A stretch of 63,664 bases of DNA, filler included, from Choristocarpus tenellus KU-1152 (GCA_964200185.2; 14 parts of 14 records of this genome joined end to end with filler, not necessarily neighbours in it); one strand, 5' to 3'. Shown: positions 24,361 through 38,859, counted from the first letter of the whole stretch. Program-made: numbers and translations. Notes: generated by a model not told the origin, from the letters alone.

Positions 24361-27300
24361 TTTTAAAGTCGATTACATTGGCAGGTGGTGGAGGTGAGAA
24401 GAGAGGTCTGACCTAAGATGTGCCTACTCTCCATTGAGATACCTATTTTTGCTTTTCTTTTTTTTGTGAGTGGAATGCTGCAAATCTGGTGTAATTTGTT
24501 CCAAATCCTGTCCTTGTGATCTCATTGTCAGGCATATCTCTACACAGTATATCCACAGTATTGTTGGTATACCAATACCTCTTCTTAGAGTGTATGAAGA
24601 GAGGTGTTGTAGTGCAACAGTGTGATGCACTGGGTGGTTGGGTGACTGTCAGATGTGGTACTTTAAATCGATGCAATATGTTCTGCCGCTGATGCAAACC
24701 CTGCCTCTATGAGTAGAGGCATCCTTTGCTGGCAGAAAGACATCATACTTTGATTAATGTCTAAATATCCACCAATGACGTGTTGATATACGTATATATC
24801 ATCATAACAATGAATGTGTGCATGCCCATATGTGAGTAATCTTCATGCTTAGGCATTAATATCCTCCTCATCCTGGGAATATCTTGGGTGCAACACTTTT
24901 CATCACATTTTACAACATAGTAGGTACTAACAATCAAGATGTTTCTGTTCTGCTCCATTATGTAGGATGGCCTACTTTCTGATGACAACAAATATTTATG
25001 AGTGCACACACCTGACATGGTACAACACAAGGTGAGGCTTGAAATGAATTTTATTCTGGCCAATACCAAAGATTGCAAAGGAATAGGAAGAAATGAACAC
25101 TCAAACCTGTTCTGGTGTCTTGTCTTTTCATATATGGCGTGTCTCCATCATAGTCTGGACTTTGTATATTTCATCACCTGTGTGTCCAAGGCCGATGTTC
25201 ATTTATCTGCAAGGTCTTATTAAAATCAGAGTCTTCCATCATCCCAGTGTTTCAACGTTATTTCAGTCATACTGCTTTGTCACCACTATAAATATGTTTG
25301 ACTATTTTCCCAGCACAATGATCTGGTACTAGGGTCCTGCATTACCCCACTACTCCTAAACTATTAACTATTACTGTGAAATAGGATACTTCTTTTTTTC
25401 CACACAGGTTTCCAGTTTTGTAGCAAATTTCGAACAAATATGCTCTACTTTGCTTTTAACATTTCCCATCTGAGTGATATTGATTACACTTACTCTCCAG
25501 TTTTTTCAATCAGCAAAATTTATAGAGTATAGGTTGTGTCAGTTTTGAGAGGACATGGTTGTATATCGTGTGAGGCAAAAATGCTCTCTAGCCCTGCTGG
25601 AGGCACAGAAAATCTTACATACAGTCATTTGTGCACTCTTTCCTCACTGCAGGCATATACTGTCTTATCATATCTGAGGCAGTCTAGAGTACCATATATT
25701 TTACTCAAGAGCAGGTAAAGAATTTGTGCACGAGAGTTATGAACAGGTGTTTTTCCATATTTCACTACAATGGTTCTATTCTTATTCTATACCCACTGCA
25801 ATTCTCCACATTATATGTCATCAGTAGGAAGAAATAGCAAAGAAGAGAACAAAGTGAACACATTTGACATTGTGTGCTTTGCTTACAACTTACAACAAAA
25901 CCTTATTACACAACACAGAATACTTGTCATTTTCTATACTTCATGATACCAAGAAACAGACAGCACTGTTGCACATCTAGACTAGCACTGGGATTGAATC
26001 CTTGCCCTAGCAGAAGCGTTTGTGACACTACCATGGCTATATTCTAATTTTCGGATGGTAGATGCGTTTTGGTCATCCTTGGCAGTCTTCCATATATACA
26101 CCTTTGACCATGTGCTGAGCAGGAAGACAAGGAGCTGCACAATATATGAGTTCAGATTTTTTTTTTGGATGTTACAATTCTCCGAGACACTGGTAACATG
26201 TGCTCTGAGTCTGCCTTGGTAGCAGGAATGGCTGAAACGCAGTAGGTAAGTTTGACCAAGCATGGAAGGGTTGAAGTCCTCTCCAGCCACCACTTGCTTG
26301 CCTGGGTGGGTCACTAAGACCTCCACTCTCACCATAGACATTGTTAAATTATTTCCCCTTCTTTGTCTACTACCCCGGCCTTTCTATTGCATCGTACTCC
26401 AATTCCCAAAAAACATTACTGGGCCTGTGCTTAGAGCACTGAAGGTGGTGTCTGGATTTTTTTTGGATCTCCAGCATCGCATCTAAATAATGGTGATGTC
26501 ATATACATTTCTTTCACATGAATCAAGCCTATTGCCAAGTTAGACTCTCTTACCATTGTACATATCTGAAAGAAGTGCCAAATGGGAGCCCTCAACCCAT
26601 GGGGTTTAACTGTAAGCCTTTCATTGACAAGCTTGCCCTCTCTTCTTGCTGTGGTCTGTTGCCTGAACCTCAGACTCTGATTCGTTTGTCTTGTTTGCAT
26701 GCCCCTATTTATCTTCCTCATCATCATACTCCACATGTGGGAGGACATACCTAGCAGATGGATTCCCAAAGCCTTCAGAAGCTCCACGCACACTCCTCAT
26801 AGGTAAGGGAAATGCTATCTTGTATACAGTGACGGTCTCATGTGTGACTGCTACCACTCAAAGTAGAACAAACAACAAATAGAAGAACCCTAACCCTAAC
26901 TACTCAAACGCTAACATTATGATATCTACTACTGCCGTATCTTTTCCTATACAATTCACGACAATTCAGAAAAATAAACTGAACGTTTTCCAGCAGCAAG
27001 GTCTTGTCACAGTCATACCCTGCAGTACTAATGAACTAATACTTCAACATCAATCTACCCACTCCTTTATCACTATCTCATATTTTGAAGTCTTTTTTAG
27101 AAACGAAAGGATCAAAATTTACCACCTCTGTGATGTGCCAGTACTCCACACACTATGAAGTAGACGTATTTCTTTATTTCCCAACTCAATCATATCAGTA
27201 ATAGTAACAACTTGTATTGATAAAACTGCATATGTATGAGATTGATAATGCATGCCCTCTCTCCCTCCCCCAACCTGTATCAAGAGATAAGTTCATATTG

Positions 27301-27580
27301 CAAGTTCATTCAACGCTTTGTTGGAATATACCACTGTTCTCAAGTTGGAGTATGTGGGGCTGTTGTATTTATTGTTGTGATCTATCCCTCCTCAAGGCTG
27401 TCAGAGGAGAGGAGTGTGCCTCATGTTCTGTAGCAGGGAAAACAATGAAACCAAGATTGAGGTCCATGTGTCTGACAGCATGTGGAGTGAGTGGGAAATC
27501 AATGATGACTTTTCATTTTGAAATCAAACTCTTGCATGAGGATGGAAATACTGCCGTTCCATTTTGTTCCCGATTCATAC

Positions 27581-27778
27581 TCCAACTCCATAACCAGTTG
27601 TGAAGTGAACCTACTGTGACGGTCATTGATTGCTCTTGTACGGTAACTAGAGCCAGCAAGGTCAAGCATGACACCTTCATTTCCAACTCCATAACCAGTT
27701 GTGAAGTGAACCTACTGTGACGGTCATTGATTGCTCTTGTACGGTAACTAGAGCCAGCAAGGTCAAGCATGACACCTT
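27581..27778. repeat. Perfect tandem duplication of 97 bp (period 101)
   Basis: TCCAACTCCATAACCAGTTG...GCATGACACCTT at 27581-27677 and 27682-27778. Confidence 0.95.
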
Positions 27779-30700
27779 GAAGCTCTTGGTGATCCCACAT
27801 GCATGAGATCAGGCGTGTGTTACAGTAGCATTAAGCTCTTGTATCTGGCCAAGTATTGAAAGCTCAGAGTCAGATTACCCAATTTTTTTATCAATCCTCT
27901 ACTCTAACTGTAAGGTATGCTTGATCAAGTTCTTAGTTGTCCCCCCCCATCTCATACACACAGTCAAGGTATATTTTGGTGTGAGTAAACGGGACCATAA
28001 TCAGACAAGGAGTTAGCTGCAGGTGCAATGGTAACCCAAAAAACATAGAAGTTGCTGTGAACATATCAAAATTGAGTGCTATTTTGCGGCATCTTAGTAT
28101 GCTTTCAATGTTGTTTTCTTGCTGACGCCTGGTAATTCTTTGATATTTCGAAACATGTAGCAAAGTTGAAAGTCATTGCTGTGATTATGTAGGTCAATAT
28201 GTGTTTGGGTTTGGCTACAAATCCAATTGATAATTTGGATGCGAGGTGCCTTCTAAATCATCTCAACGTTTGAGATTCATGCTCAAAAGCAAAGATGTAA
28301 GTTGAACTCCAGCTTTATTAAAGCCCCGATACTGATAAAAGGAGGTTGATAATTGTGGCCTTTCATTGCCAACGCATCAAACACAATTCAAATATTTAGG
28401 GGTATGAACTTGAGTAAGAATGAACCTTAAATGGTTCGTTGACTGGAAGCAAGGCCAGAAGATTCTTCATGTACAAAATTGTAGGTCTCAAACCAAAGAT
28501 CCTACGATTAAATGTAAAAAAACAAAAATAATTGCAGGTATAATTAATTAATTTCAATGAAGGTTTTGCTGATTGCTTCTAGTCATTGTTGTTTCCCTCA
28601 GGATCAACATGTCACAAGCTTCCACATGCATCAATGGACTAACCCTAACCTTAAGACATGTAACAGGAATATGTGTAGTTTAGTTTATGCTCTCCTTTTC
28701 CTCATGTGTATTTCAAAATGTGAATCACTCCACCCTGCATCTGCATCTTTTGCAGTGCCATGTCATCACCTGTGCACTATCATGCTATCTTGTAACCAAA
28801 GTATATTCATGTGTGTGTTCTAAAGTGCATAATGTTGAAAGCAATTTCTAGTGTAGGGAATGTGGACATTTCCTTTCTTGCTTTTCAGTTAGTAAGAGTT
28901 GGGCATCAGGAATCAACACACGTTACACTGTGCATGCATTAGCTGAAGTAGAAAGCTGGGAAGTGAGCTGTGCTCTTAGTCATGACAACCAATAATTCTA
29001 TGGGCATGTGTTGCTGCCCGATCCATTTTTTATTCTCAATTGTCTTCATTGATGTTCTCAATCGACATGTGTGAACACATCAAAATGTACCAGTAAGAGG
29101 TGGAATCATTTTGTCCTGTAGAGCTACTACAACAGCACTCCTCGGTTATGTTCCAGAGCACTAAAGGTTTCTTGTTAACTGGTAAACAGGTAACATTGAA
29201 GTCATGGTTAGTCCCTCTCCCCAGCACAGCACATCTGGCTCTAGTGTATTCTCCTCTCTAGAAGTGAAATGTCTAATCCGTATATGCCCAACCCTCTTCC
29301 AAGCCTTTGTACAACTTCTGACCAGTAGTGGCATAAATAGGCACTGGTACTCAATAACAATCGTTCACAGGAACAGTGTGTGAATGTGTGAAGTTTGTAG
29401 TGCAACAAAAGTGGAAGAATATATATCCAGAGATTGCCATGGAACCTAACCCCACACCTACAACCACTAGCCATGACTCCACTCCTCAATCTGCAAGAAT
29501 GTTTGGTAGTATGCATCTATGCTTTGGAGAAGCATGTATTTGCTGCCATCAAGGAATTCGTGTACCCACACAGCTCCCTCTCACCTTGTATATTTGCCCA
29601 GCTCTCCAACCTTTCCTAGCCCCAATAGAGAAGTATACTGCCAACCTTGTGAAAACCTCTTGCCTACAGCAGTCGCAACTCCTGTTGCTAACAGTCCAAC
29701 CCATAGGAGATTCCTCTATTGAGTAATAATATCAGTAAGGTTGGGGGAGCAGAGACTCCTTGGCGGACTCGTCCTATCTGCTCAATGTCACATGGAGTAA
29801 GTTCTATTGTGTGAATGTTGCCATCAATGTTGTGCTCCCAGTGCATTGGTCTTGATATGACTCTTTTTTGACTCTTTGATGCACACATATTCATTGTTGT
29901 CTGAGTGGAGATGTTGGCATGTCTTTATATTCTTAATAGTGAAGTTGAAGGTGATCAATAGGAACAGCTCTTCTGATGGAGGCATATTCTTCATAGACTT
30001 GTCTCCAGTGAGTATGCTTCAAAATGACACAAACCCAGGATGAGACCAGATGGACATCTTACCTGCTTACGTGGGGATGATAGAGAACTAAAGATCCTTT
30101 TTTGCAGGGCAAAAGCAGCAATCCACCTTTTTGTAATAACTAGACCATTCACCTTTGTGAAGCAATGTCATCGCCACCCATCCATTCTCTGCCCTGCCTG
30201 TACATCACTCGAGTACCTTTTCCTTGGCATTTGTCCCACCTCATCAGTATATGCCATGGACACCCTCCTTGAACTAGAAGTCTTGTTGGGGATTAACTCT
30301 TTATATATTATTGCTGAGACCTGCAGGTTCAGGAGCAGGTTGGGTGGATGGGGGTGCTATATGAAGATTGTTCACAAGTGTTTTCCAATAGCCAACAATT
30401 TCAAGACACTGTAGTGTTGTTCCAGCAGTCTGCTCTTGTAATCTCCTCCTCGACAGTAAATTTGCTAAGGGTTCTTGGGACTAATCCTCCCATTATATCC
30501 CAACCCGGTGTCGTTATACAAGTGCTGGTATATCGGCTGATATNNNNNNNNNNNNNNNNNNNNNNNNNNNNNNNNNNNNNNNNNNNNTTAATTAATTAAN
30601 NNNNNNNNNNNNNNNNNNNNNNNNNNNNNNNNNNNNNNNNNNNCCACCCAGAGCTTCTACTACTGGCCACATCCCCCCCCCCACAGAATAGAGCAAAACT

Positions 30701-30960
30701 GCCGCATTGTCCAATCAAAGCCCATCAAGGCCCAATCAAAACCTCGACGTATTACCAAGGCTCAAGAAAAAAAACACACACCCACAGTCAAAAAACAGAG
30801 ACACCTGCTGCCTCAAGCACCATCATATTGCAGCCACTGCAACATCTCTGCAGCATGCTGGATGCTCTTGTTTCTGGCTCTTCTGACACCCCTGCTGCTC
30901 ATATGCCCACCTCCTCCCCCATCCCACTCCACTCCCCATTCTCTAACCTCAATTCCAAAT

Positions 30961-33836
30961 TTACTCTGATTGCCCAACCTTCTTCCCAACAAACACCTCC
31001 TCTTCTCCCTTCGCCCCTACCACCCCCTCATCTAACCCCACACCATCTGTTCGAGGTTCTGCAATACCCTCAGACACCTTGTCTGCTACATCATCAAAAC
31101 CTCCTTCCGCCATTAGCCCCCCACCCTCAGACAGGACTGCATCATGAGACAAGGGCTTCGCCATGGACCTCACGCCTGGATCCACGTACTTCTGCTCATT
31201 CAGAGCGCTCAACATCCCAGACGCTGTAGCCTTCTCCTGTGCAGGGGCGGGCTCCCAGAAGTCGTCTTCCTCTTCCTCCAGCAGCATATCCTGAAGAGTT
31301 TGGCGAGTAGTTGGAAAAGGCAGGATCTCTGCGTCCTCCACCTCTATTTGCACACCAATGAAGTAGGCCTGGGTAGATGGGAAGGAGAAATCACACAACA
31401 ACATTGTTAACTTACTTAACACCTTCCCTCTCGTGGTCTCAGTGCATGTTTGTGGGAAGCACTCCAGAAGGAGTTGCAATTCATAGAAGGCGGTGCGTCA
31501 CGATGACTATGACTATGCAGAACAAGAGAATATCCGCAGCATGCTCAGATACTTCGAGCCAAGCAAAAATAACAAACGTTCAACTCTCCGTTTCAGTTTC
31601 ATTTCCTCTCCACAACAAGCATTAAAAAAAAACTTGATTTGAAACTCTCTCTTCTTAAAGACATTTTGTACGTGTGCGTGTGCGTGCGTGTTTGTGTCAC
31701 TTACCACCCTACCCAAATTGTCCTTCAACGTGGTAAGGTTGAACTGATTAAGGAAAGCTGTTCCGTTCTTCCTATAATTCAACAGGCACACGCGCATGTT
31801 GACTTCCTCTCGAATGCCATACCGAATCACATCCACATCCTCCGAAGAGGTCATCTCCCCCTTTTCAAATAAAAATAGTCGAGGGCGCGGAGTGCTGAGT
31901 GCGTTTTATTCATGCATATATAAATACGTACAATTGTTGTACAAAAAAAATTGGGTGCAAAGTTGAGGGTGCAGAGTGTCGAGTGCATTTTGTTCACGGA
32001 TATATATATATATATTCTTGTTATGTCATTTTTTTTTTAAGTCGAGGGCTTGGAATGCTGAGTGCATTTTGTTCATGTATATATATATATATTATTTCTA
32101 TGTAACAAAATATTATTTTTAAATAGTTGAGGGTGAGAGTGCACTTTCTTAAAACCACGCATACTTCCTTTTCATGGCATTAATAAAAGTTTCAAACAAT
32201 ACAGCCTTGCATCACAAAGCAGAGAGAGGCATTACCCAAAGAGCACAAACACAAACACACATTCTCCTAATTACACAATTTGCCCTCACAAGCTCTCCTA
32301 TTCAAGGAGACTATGAACACATTAAAAACCCACATAAATTTCCGTCGCAATTTCCTACTAAAGAGACTTTGATATATAATACACATTCAAAACACACATA
32401 CATTCCCCTCACAATTTCCTACTAAAGAGGTCTCAATAATACAAACCTGCAAAAAGCGGCAATTGATCCCGTTGATCTCTTCCCGATTGTATCCTGTCAT
32501 ATCCACAAAGTCGTCACTCACAAAGACTAGGGATGCACAGACACATGCACAGACAGCCAAAGTGGACATGGAAGAGGAAAGAGGAGAATCCAGTACACAA
32601 CAAAAAAACAGAGGAAACACATTTGGAAAAAATAAAAAAGCAAGATGTCAGTTGAATCGACTAACAAAAAGAATATTAAAAAAAAAGGGGGGGGGGATGA
32701 AGGCAAGCAAGAAGAAAAGACTAAAAACATTCTTTAAAATTTGTTTTTCAGTGAGATCAGCAATCTTCCTATTCATAAAAACTAAAAAAAAAAAAATTCG
32801 AACCATAACCAACCTATCATTACAAGCCTGAAACTCAAAGTTATTTTATTTTTGGGAGGGGGGGGGTCTACACCAGGGTGTCGATTCAGGCCCTGATCAG
32901 GGAAAGTACACTTGTATCATCCATCCAACGCATGCAACCAAATCACACAAAATCACAACATGGAAAAATGGACCCCAAATGGACAGCTGACAGACACCCC
33001 ACCCCCAGATACTTCGACCCTGAGTCGATTTTTACCATCATGACCATTTCTATTTAAACCCTTTCTGATTTGTTACAACAATAATGTAGACAAAAAAACC
33101 CAAAAATATACTCTAAATTTCATTCCAACCAGTACCCGACCTTACCTCAGTCAGTTCCATTGCACAACACCAAGAGGACGGAGAAACCATGCACTAGCAA
33201 ACCCAGGCCCCTCATCAACCCTAACCCTTAAACACCCTACAAACACACACACACACACACACACAAACAAACAAACAAGACACATCCATTTAACACTCTT
33301 CAGATCAAATCAACTGACCAAAAAGGAACCACAGAAGCAAGGCACACAAAAAAACACCCCTTCTCATCTCCAAATAAGAAGGGGAATCGGCGCCCCTTCA
33401 GTCTAATCACAAGGGGGGAATGGGTTCCTATATTCAATCTAGCCCCTGTAGGGTCACCTCCTACCTTACCTCACACAAAGAGCAGAAACAAAAACCAATC
33501 AACAACAGTTTTCAAAGCTTTAAAATACCAATCCTAACCCCTGCCCAACAACCATATTATCATTATTATTATTATTATTATCATCATCATTCTTGTTATC
33601 GTAAATAAAAAAATCTTCCGGAAGCATAGATAACAGACGCTCAGCGAACATTTCAAAACCTCACACTTAAAAAAAAATAAAAAAATAAAAATGAAGAGAT
33701 CTATTATTTTTCTTCTTACATCACACACACCTCAACAACACTTGCATACTAACACACACTCACACACACAAAAAAACCCAACCAAATCAGAACCAGCTTA
33801 TCTCTTCGCCTTAAGCCATCTATCTATCTCATCTAC

Positions 33837-33886
<50 letters not shown>

Positions 33887-34792
33887 AACCCTTCCACTGT
33901 AACAAACAACTCCGACTCTCAACTCCTCACTTCTGAAAAAAATAATAATAAACAAAAAATAATAATAATAATTAAAAAAAAACGGCCACCACACCTTCGT
34001 TAAAAGAATATATGAAAATATGTTTGGTTTCCTCATGTCCTTCCATCATCAAAAACAAAAAAGCACTATTTTTTTTTTTCACCAATGCACTCTTGATAAA
34101 CACTTTCCACAAGCATTCAAAGCCAGATAATACCCCCACGCTACACCAGTGTGTGATTTTTTTAAAAAATTTCAAACCCTCGTGGGTTTTTGTTTTAATC
34201 TTGCATCCCTTCCTCTCTCTCCTCCATCCCAAGCAGCAAACACAGTTTGGTGAAAATAAAAAAACGTCATTAAAAAAAAACAACCAAAAAATAAAAAAAG
34301 CATATTAAAAAAACTGCAACCAAAAGAACAAAAAAATAATTTTAAAAGATTACCACCAAAACAAAATCAAAAAAACACCTCATTTCAAAGGGGCTTCCAC
34401 ACACAAATCGGGGAGGGGAGGCGGGGCAGGGGGGGGGGAGGGCAAACCTTGTCTCCACACCTCACACAAACACACAACACGGGCTCAAGGCACATTCCGT
34501 GCAACAACAGCACCCATTCTAAAAAAAGGTACACCTCAACTCAACCGTAAGAGTTGCGACTATCTCACGCAGCCAGCTTCACCTCCATCTAAAAAAAAGG
34601 TATACCCCACCCCATCTCCTCACCAATAGGATTGTCGAAAAGATCCGGATCCGTGATGCAGAACATCTCCCTCCGGTCCTGAAGGGCATCCACAAGCTCC
34701 TGGTCCTTACTGCACAGCACCTTGTAAGGCGTGAACAGGCTCCACACGTTCGACGGAGTGAGACATTGCCACGCCCGCCGAAATCGATACGG
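30961..34792 (-). CDS. LOV-domain blue-light photoreceptor (aureochrome-type LOV), 3' exons 34624-~34792, 32447-32526, 31705-31860, 30961-31368
   Basis: In-frame splicing gives KDQELVDALQDRREMFCITDPDLFDNPI|VFVSDDFVDMTGYNREEINGINCRFLQ|GEMTSSEDVDVIRYGIREEVNMRVCLLNYRKNGTAFLNQFNLTTLKDNLGRV|AYFIGVQ plus an acidic tail. The photoactive NCRFLQ and the GVQ motifs are intact. Confidence 0.92.
32832..33020 (-). mobile_element. MITE family B copy in a LOV gene intron
   Basis: Reverse complement of the 45697-45884 element (GACCCCAAATGGACAGC, CCCCAGATACTTCGACC). Confidence 0.65.
33841..33886. repeat. Compound (CT)n(CA)n microsatellite
   Basis: Seen directly. Confidence 0.95.
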
Positions 34793-35387
34793 CTTTTTTT
34801 TTTTGGCACCACAGAACAAAACAAAATATATACATACATATATATATGGGAAAAGATGTATGGGAAAAGAGTTTTATGTAAGAACAAAAAATTGACGGGA
34901 GGGGGGGGAAGGGGAGGGGAGGGGAGGATCTCATGTTTNNNNNNNNNNNNNNNNNNNNNNNNNNNNNNNNNNNNNNNNNNNNTTAATTAATTAANNNNNN
35001 NNNNNNNNNNNNNNNNNNNNNNNNNNNNNNNNNNNNNNCCTTTGCATCTATAATTCGATTGTACATGATATATGTTATGAATGACAACCAATCCGTATCA
35101 CAGGAGGCTCAAAATCGTGAATGGAAACAAGGATTTAGACTGCCACGCAACAAGCGACAAGTAATATGTACCGCAACTCCAACATGCTGCTTGGAAGTCT
35201 CTGAAAACATCCTCATGTATTAGACTAAACACATGTTGTCGCCGCCATCGCAGAAGGTACTTATTAAAATCCGCCACAACAAAAATGCATGCTCGGCTCT
35301 TAATACACACCGCCCATTCTTCAAGACGCCTACAAGGTGTATTTTACTAATACGAATATCTGCCACATGATTGCTAATCCGACGTCT

Positions 35388-38300
35388 CTACTTTTCCCTG
35401 GCGCCAGAATTGGGCCGAAAGTGTCTGGCGGTAAACCTAACCCGCGTGTTTGCCTGCAGCGTCTGCGTAGGAGCCATTGGTCTCTTCCTTGCAGAACTAC
35501 CGCTCCATCCTGTAGACGCTTCAAGGATACGTCCTTGGACGGACGTATGCAAGGGCACCCCAGTACATGCGACTGCACTGGCAGAGGCCCCTCTACCCTC
35601 CCCCGTACCGATGTTCTCCTTATCATAATCATCCTTGTTGTCCTTGTCTTCCTTCTGCTGCTCCTCGTCCTCCTCCTTATCGTCGCCGGTGTTGTCTTCC
35701 CTTTCGTCCCCATTCTCCCCCCCCCTCTCCTCTCCACAGCCCTTCAATGTAGTGTTCCGTCCCTCTCTCACAAAACCCCCCCTTTCCCTCGCCTCGATAG
35801 AAGACCTTATAACTGTCAAGACCTTGGTAGGAATCTTCTTGCCGTTCCCAACAAGTTTCTCTCAAGTACAAACAATATCCGCCACGGGTTCCCAGCTAAC
35901 GTATTTAACTCGCTTCGGTTTCCCACCTCGCCCGTATCTATCACCAGCGTGCACCCAGCCTTCTACGAAAATACTTTTGCCATATTTGTCAAGGGTTAGG
36001 GTTGCGGCGTTGTCACGTGTGTGATCACTGGTCGGCCGAAGCCAGTGAATATCCACCCCACGCTCCCCGTCCTTGCCGACGCGCTCCGCTAGGATCTTGT
36101 CGACCAAGAGCGGCGCCTCCGTTGCCACAAAAAAGGCAAACCTGCCTTCCTGCACTGAGACTAGGTTTCCATGGTTCCCCGATGTCAACGTATTACGAAG
36201 TCAACCCCGTCGACGGGAGTCAGGTTCTTCCTTGTCACTGTCCGATGAGGAAGAGTGTGTTTCCTTGAGCCCGCCGGGATCATTGTCACTATCAACGAGA
36301 TTATCCCCCCCACCCAAACGTTCACCCTGGTCGTTGTCTTCGATGTCGCCGGTGCTAGTTCCAGCGCCATCGTCATCGGTGGGAAGCCAATGGACTGGGA
36401 GGTCGAAATCTCGTTCCCCTGTCTTTTTGAGAAGTCGCACGGACTCGCTTTGCTCGTGTTTCGCTCTCGTAACGGCTTCATCGTCTGCGAAGGTGGAATA
36501 CATGAGCACGAGGACATCAACGGTATGGATGTATGAATGTTACTTTGTTACAAGGCGTGAGGTTTCACGAATGTGCTCAGGGAGCATGCAGTGAGAGGGA
36601 GGGTGTATATTTCGTCGGAATCGTCTATGTTGAGTACAAAACCGGTACCCTCAAAACATTTATGGGGAGTAATCTATGGTAATTTTTATGGTAACATGTG
36701 ACGATCACTACACATGAGAATGTAAAATTTTTCAATATATTTTTTTCTAAGGGCTGCAAATGCTGCCTCGTATAAAACTTACACCTGATTTTTTTGGCTC
36801 CCACCGAATACCAAAATTAGCTATCAACTCCCCTCACGAGAAAATCGACTTACCCAGTGGGCACACAGCAGGGAGGCGCTCGTGCGACGCCTGGTACCGC
36901 TGCTCCACCTTCAGGATGACGTCCTTGGGAACACTCTTGAGCTGGTAGGGTGGTGCACCTTGGATACGCGGTGGGTGACCGATGAAGAGGTCGTGTGGAG
37001 GGGCGTTGGGGTTGATAGCAAGGTCTCCCCCTATTCCACTCCATTCGGCGCTGTGCATGTATCGCTTTACGCTAACCTTCACCCGCCCATCACCGGCTTT
37101 TTCAACGCGGAAAGCCCTGTAGCTCGTGATGTTCGGGACACAGTTGACGCGACCTTCAAGGAGTCCCTTGAAGTTTCCCTGGTTCCGTAGGGTCTTCCAG
37201 TATGCAGGAACCTCCGTGTAAGAGGCCTGCAGCTCTTCACCCAGTTGTGTTCTAGTGAAAATGTTTTGCCTTTTATTCCACGTGAGAACCTGAACGTGAA
37301 ACGCAAGCAAGTTAATTTCGAGGCGGGGGTGAAAGAAACGAAGTGGAGAAGCAAGATATATATGCAGGGACATGCTCTGATGCATGTATATGGAAAAATC
37401 AATATACCAATTGGGTGATGCGTGCATTTTTTTCATTGTTTTGTTTCGAGAGTATGTTAAGAAACAGTTTAGGCAGCTGCTCTTCTTGTAGGTAAATTTC
37501 GTTGTGGGGAAATCAAAAGTCGAAATTACAATTACAGCGTGCAATCATAAACCTTCCAGGAATGCAACAAGCGTGGGCTGCAAGACTCGAGGCTGTATCT
37601 GTCCATATAAGAACACTATGTGGCTATCGAACTTGGATAATATATAGCTTGTCTAATTACCTGGAGAAGATCTGATCGATTTTGATGTGCGTGTGCCCCA
37701 CCATCATAAAATTTATCTCAACAACACGAATGACACTCGCCGCAACCAACAGCCCCGCGTATCCGAGAAAGAAATTGTTCTTGTTCTCTGAGACGCAGTT
37801 GTCGACCTGGCCAGTTTGGGGAGGTGGGAGCGAGGGAGGGATGGGCGTGAGGCCACTATGTCAGCCCATTTCGCCGCGTTTCGTGGAGGAACAGGGTAGG
37901 CTTCCAGTATTGCTAGAGCGCAGTCTCTACATCACCGCCATCATACATGCAGGTTGCAACACACAAACTAAAACTAAAGACCGTGCTGTTAGTTACTCAG
38001 GGTTAGGTATTCAGCAAGGCTGTGTTGAGTAGGTCGTGTCAAGATGAAACCTTCTTACCTGCCAATGCGCGTGCTGGATGATGCAATTCCCCGAGTCATC
38101 GAGGCTGTTGTGGTACTTGTCGATAAGCCTTGTGAGGGCAAGGTGTGTGGCTGTGCAGACAAGGTTTACAACCTGCGCGAACAAAGATGTTAAACAACTG
38201 TTGGTAAAAGGTACTCTGCTCATTTACGTATTGTTTGTTTGAAGCTAAAAAGAGGGGTAATATAATTTGTTTATGCAATGTAGAGGACATACATCCATAC

Positions 38301-38837
38301 GGCTGATGTACATGTCTGCGATCTCCACTACCCGTTGATTAGCTCTTACGCTACTCTACAGTACGTACCTCCTCCAAGATTGATAGGAGTGAAGAACACC
38401 TCCGCGAACTGGCCTTCGACGTGTGCGGCCATGATCTTCTGGCGCTCGGAGTAGCCCCTGATAAGGGGGACATGAACGAAAGGAACATATAAAGAAAGGT
38501 CATCATGATGAACGGAATAGGTAGTGGAATTATGTGCGTTTGTTTTGGCGATTATTTCTTGGGACTTTGTACTCATCCGTAGAAAAAAACATGGTCGTCT
38601 ATTCTGTTCCGCGTGCGGCTGCAAAGTTCTTGTCAAAGTTCTTGTCGGATGGACTATGCATGCGTGTGGTTACCTGTCACCGCCGTGGGTAGGTGGGTAA
38701 AGTGCTGGGAGGGCGTGTGCTGTCTGGTTCGCGGCGTCTACGGACAAGAACACGAAGTCGAGAGGTTTGCCGTCGACTTTGGCCCGCATGGCGTTGCTGG
38801 TGCTGTTGGCGATGACCAGCCGATCCGCTTTGATAAT
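35388..38837 (-). pseudogene. Sola-like (DUF7869-type) DDD transposase, intron-containing, copy 2; exons 38674-38837, 38369-38457, 38059-38172, 37661-37806, 36854-37289, ~35388-36590
   Basis: Spliced motifs FVFLSVDAANQ...ALP, HWQ|VDNCVSENKNNFFLGYAGLLVAASVIRVVEINFMMVGHTHIKIDQIFSR|FS match the QxDNxxxENKN...FxxVGHTHxxIDQxFS signature of this RNase-H-fold transposase family. All junctions are GT-AG. Small frameshifts are present. Confidence 0.8.
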
Positions 38838-38859
38838 CTGGCAAATGGGGGACAGCAAC

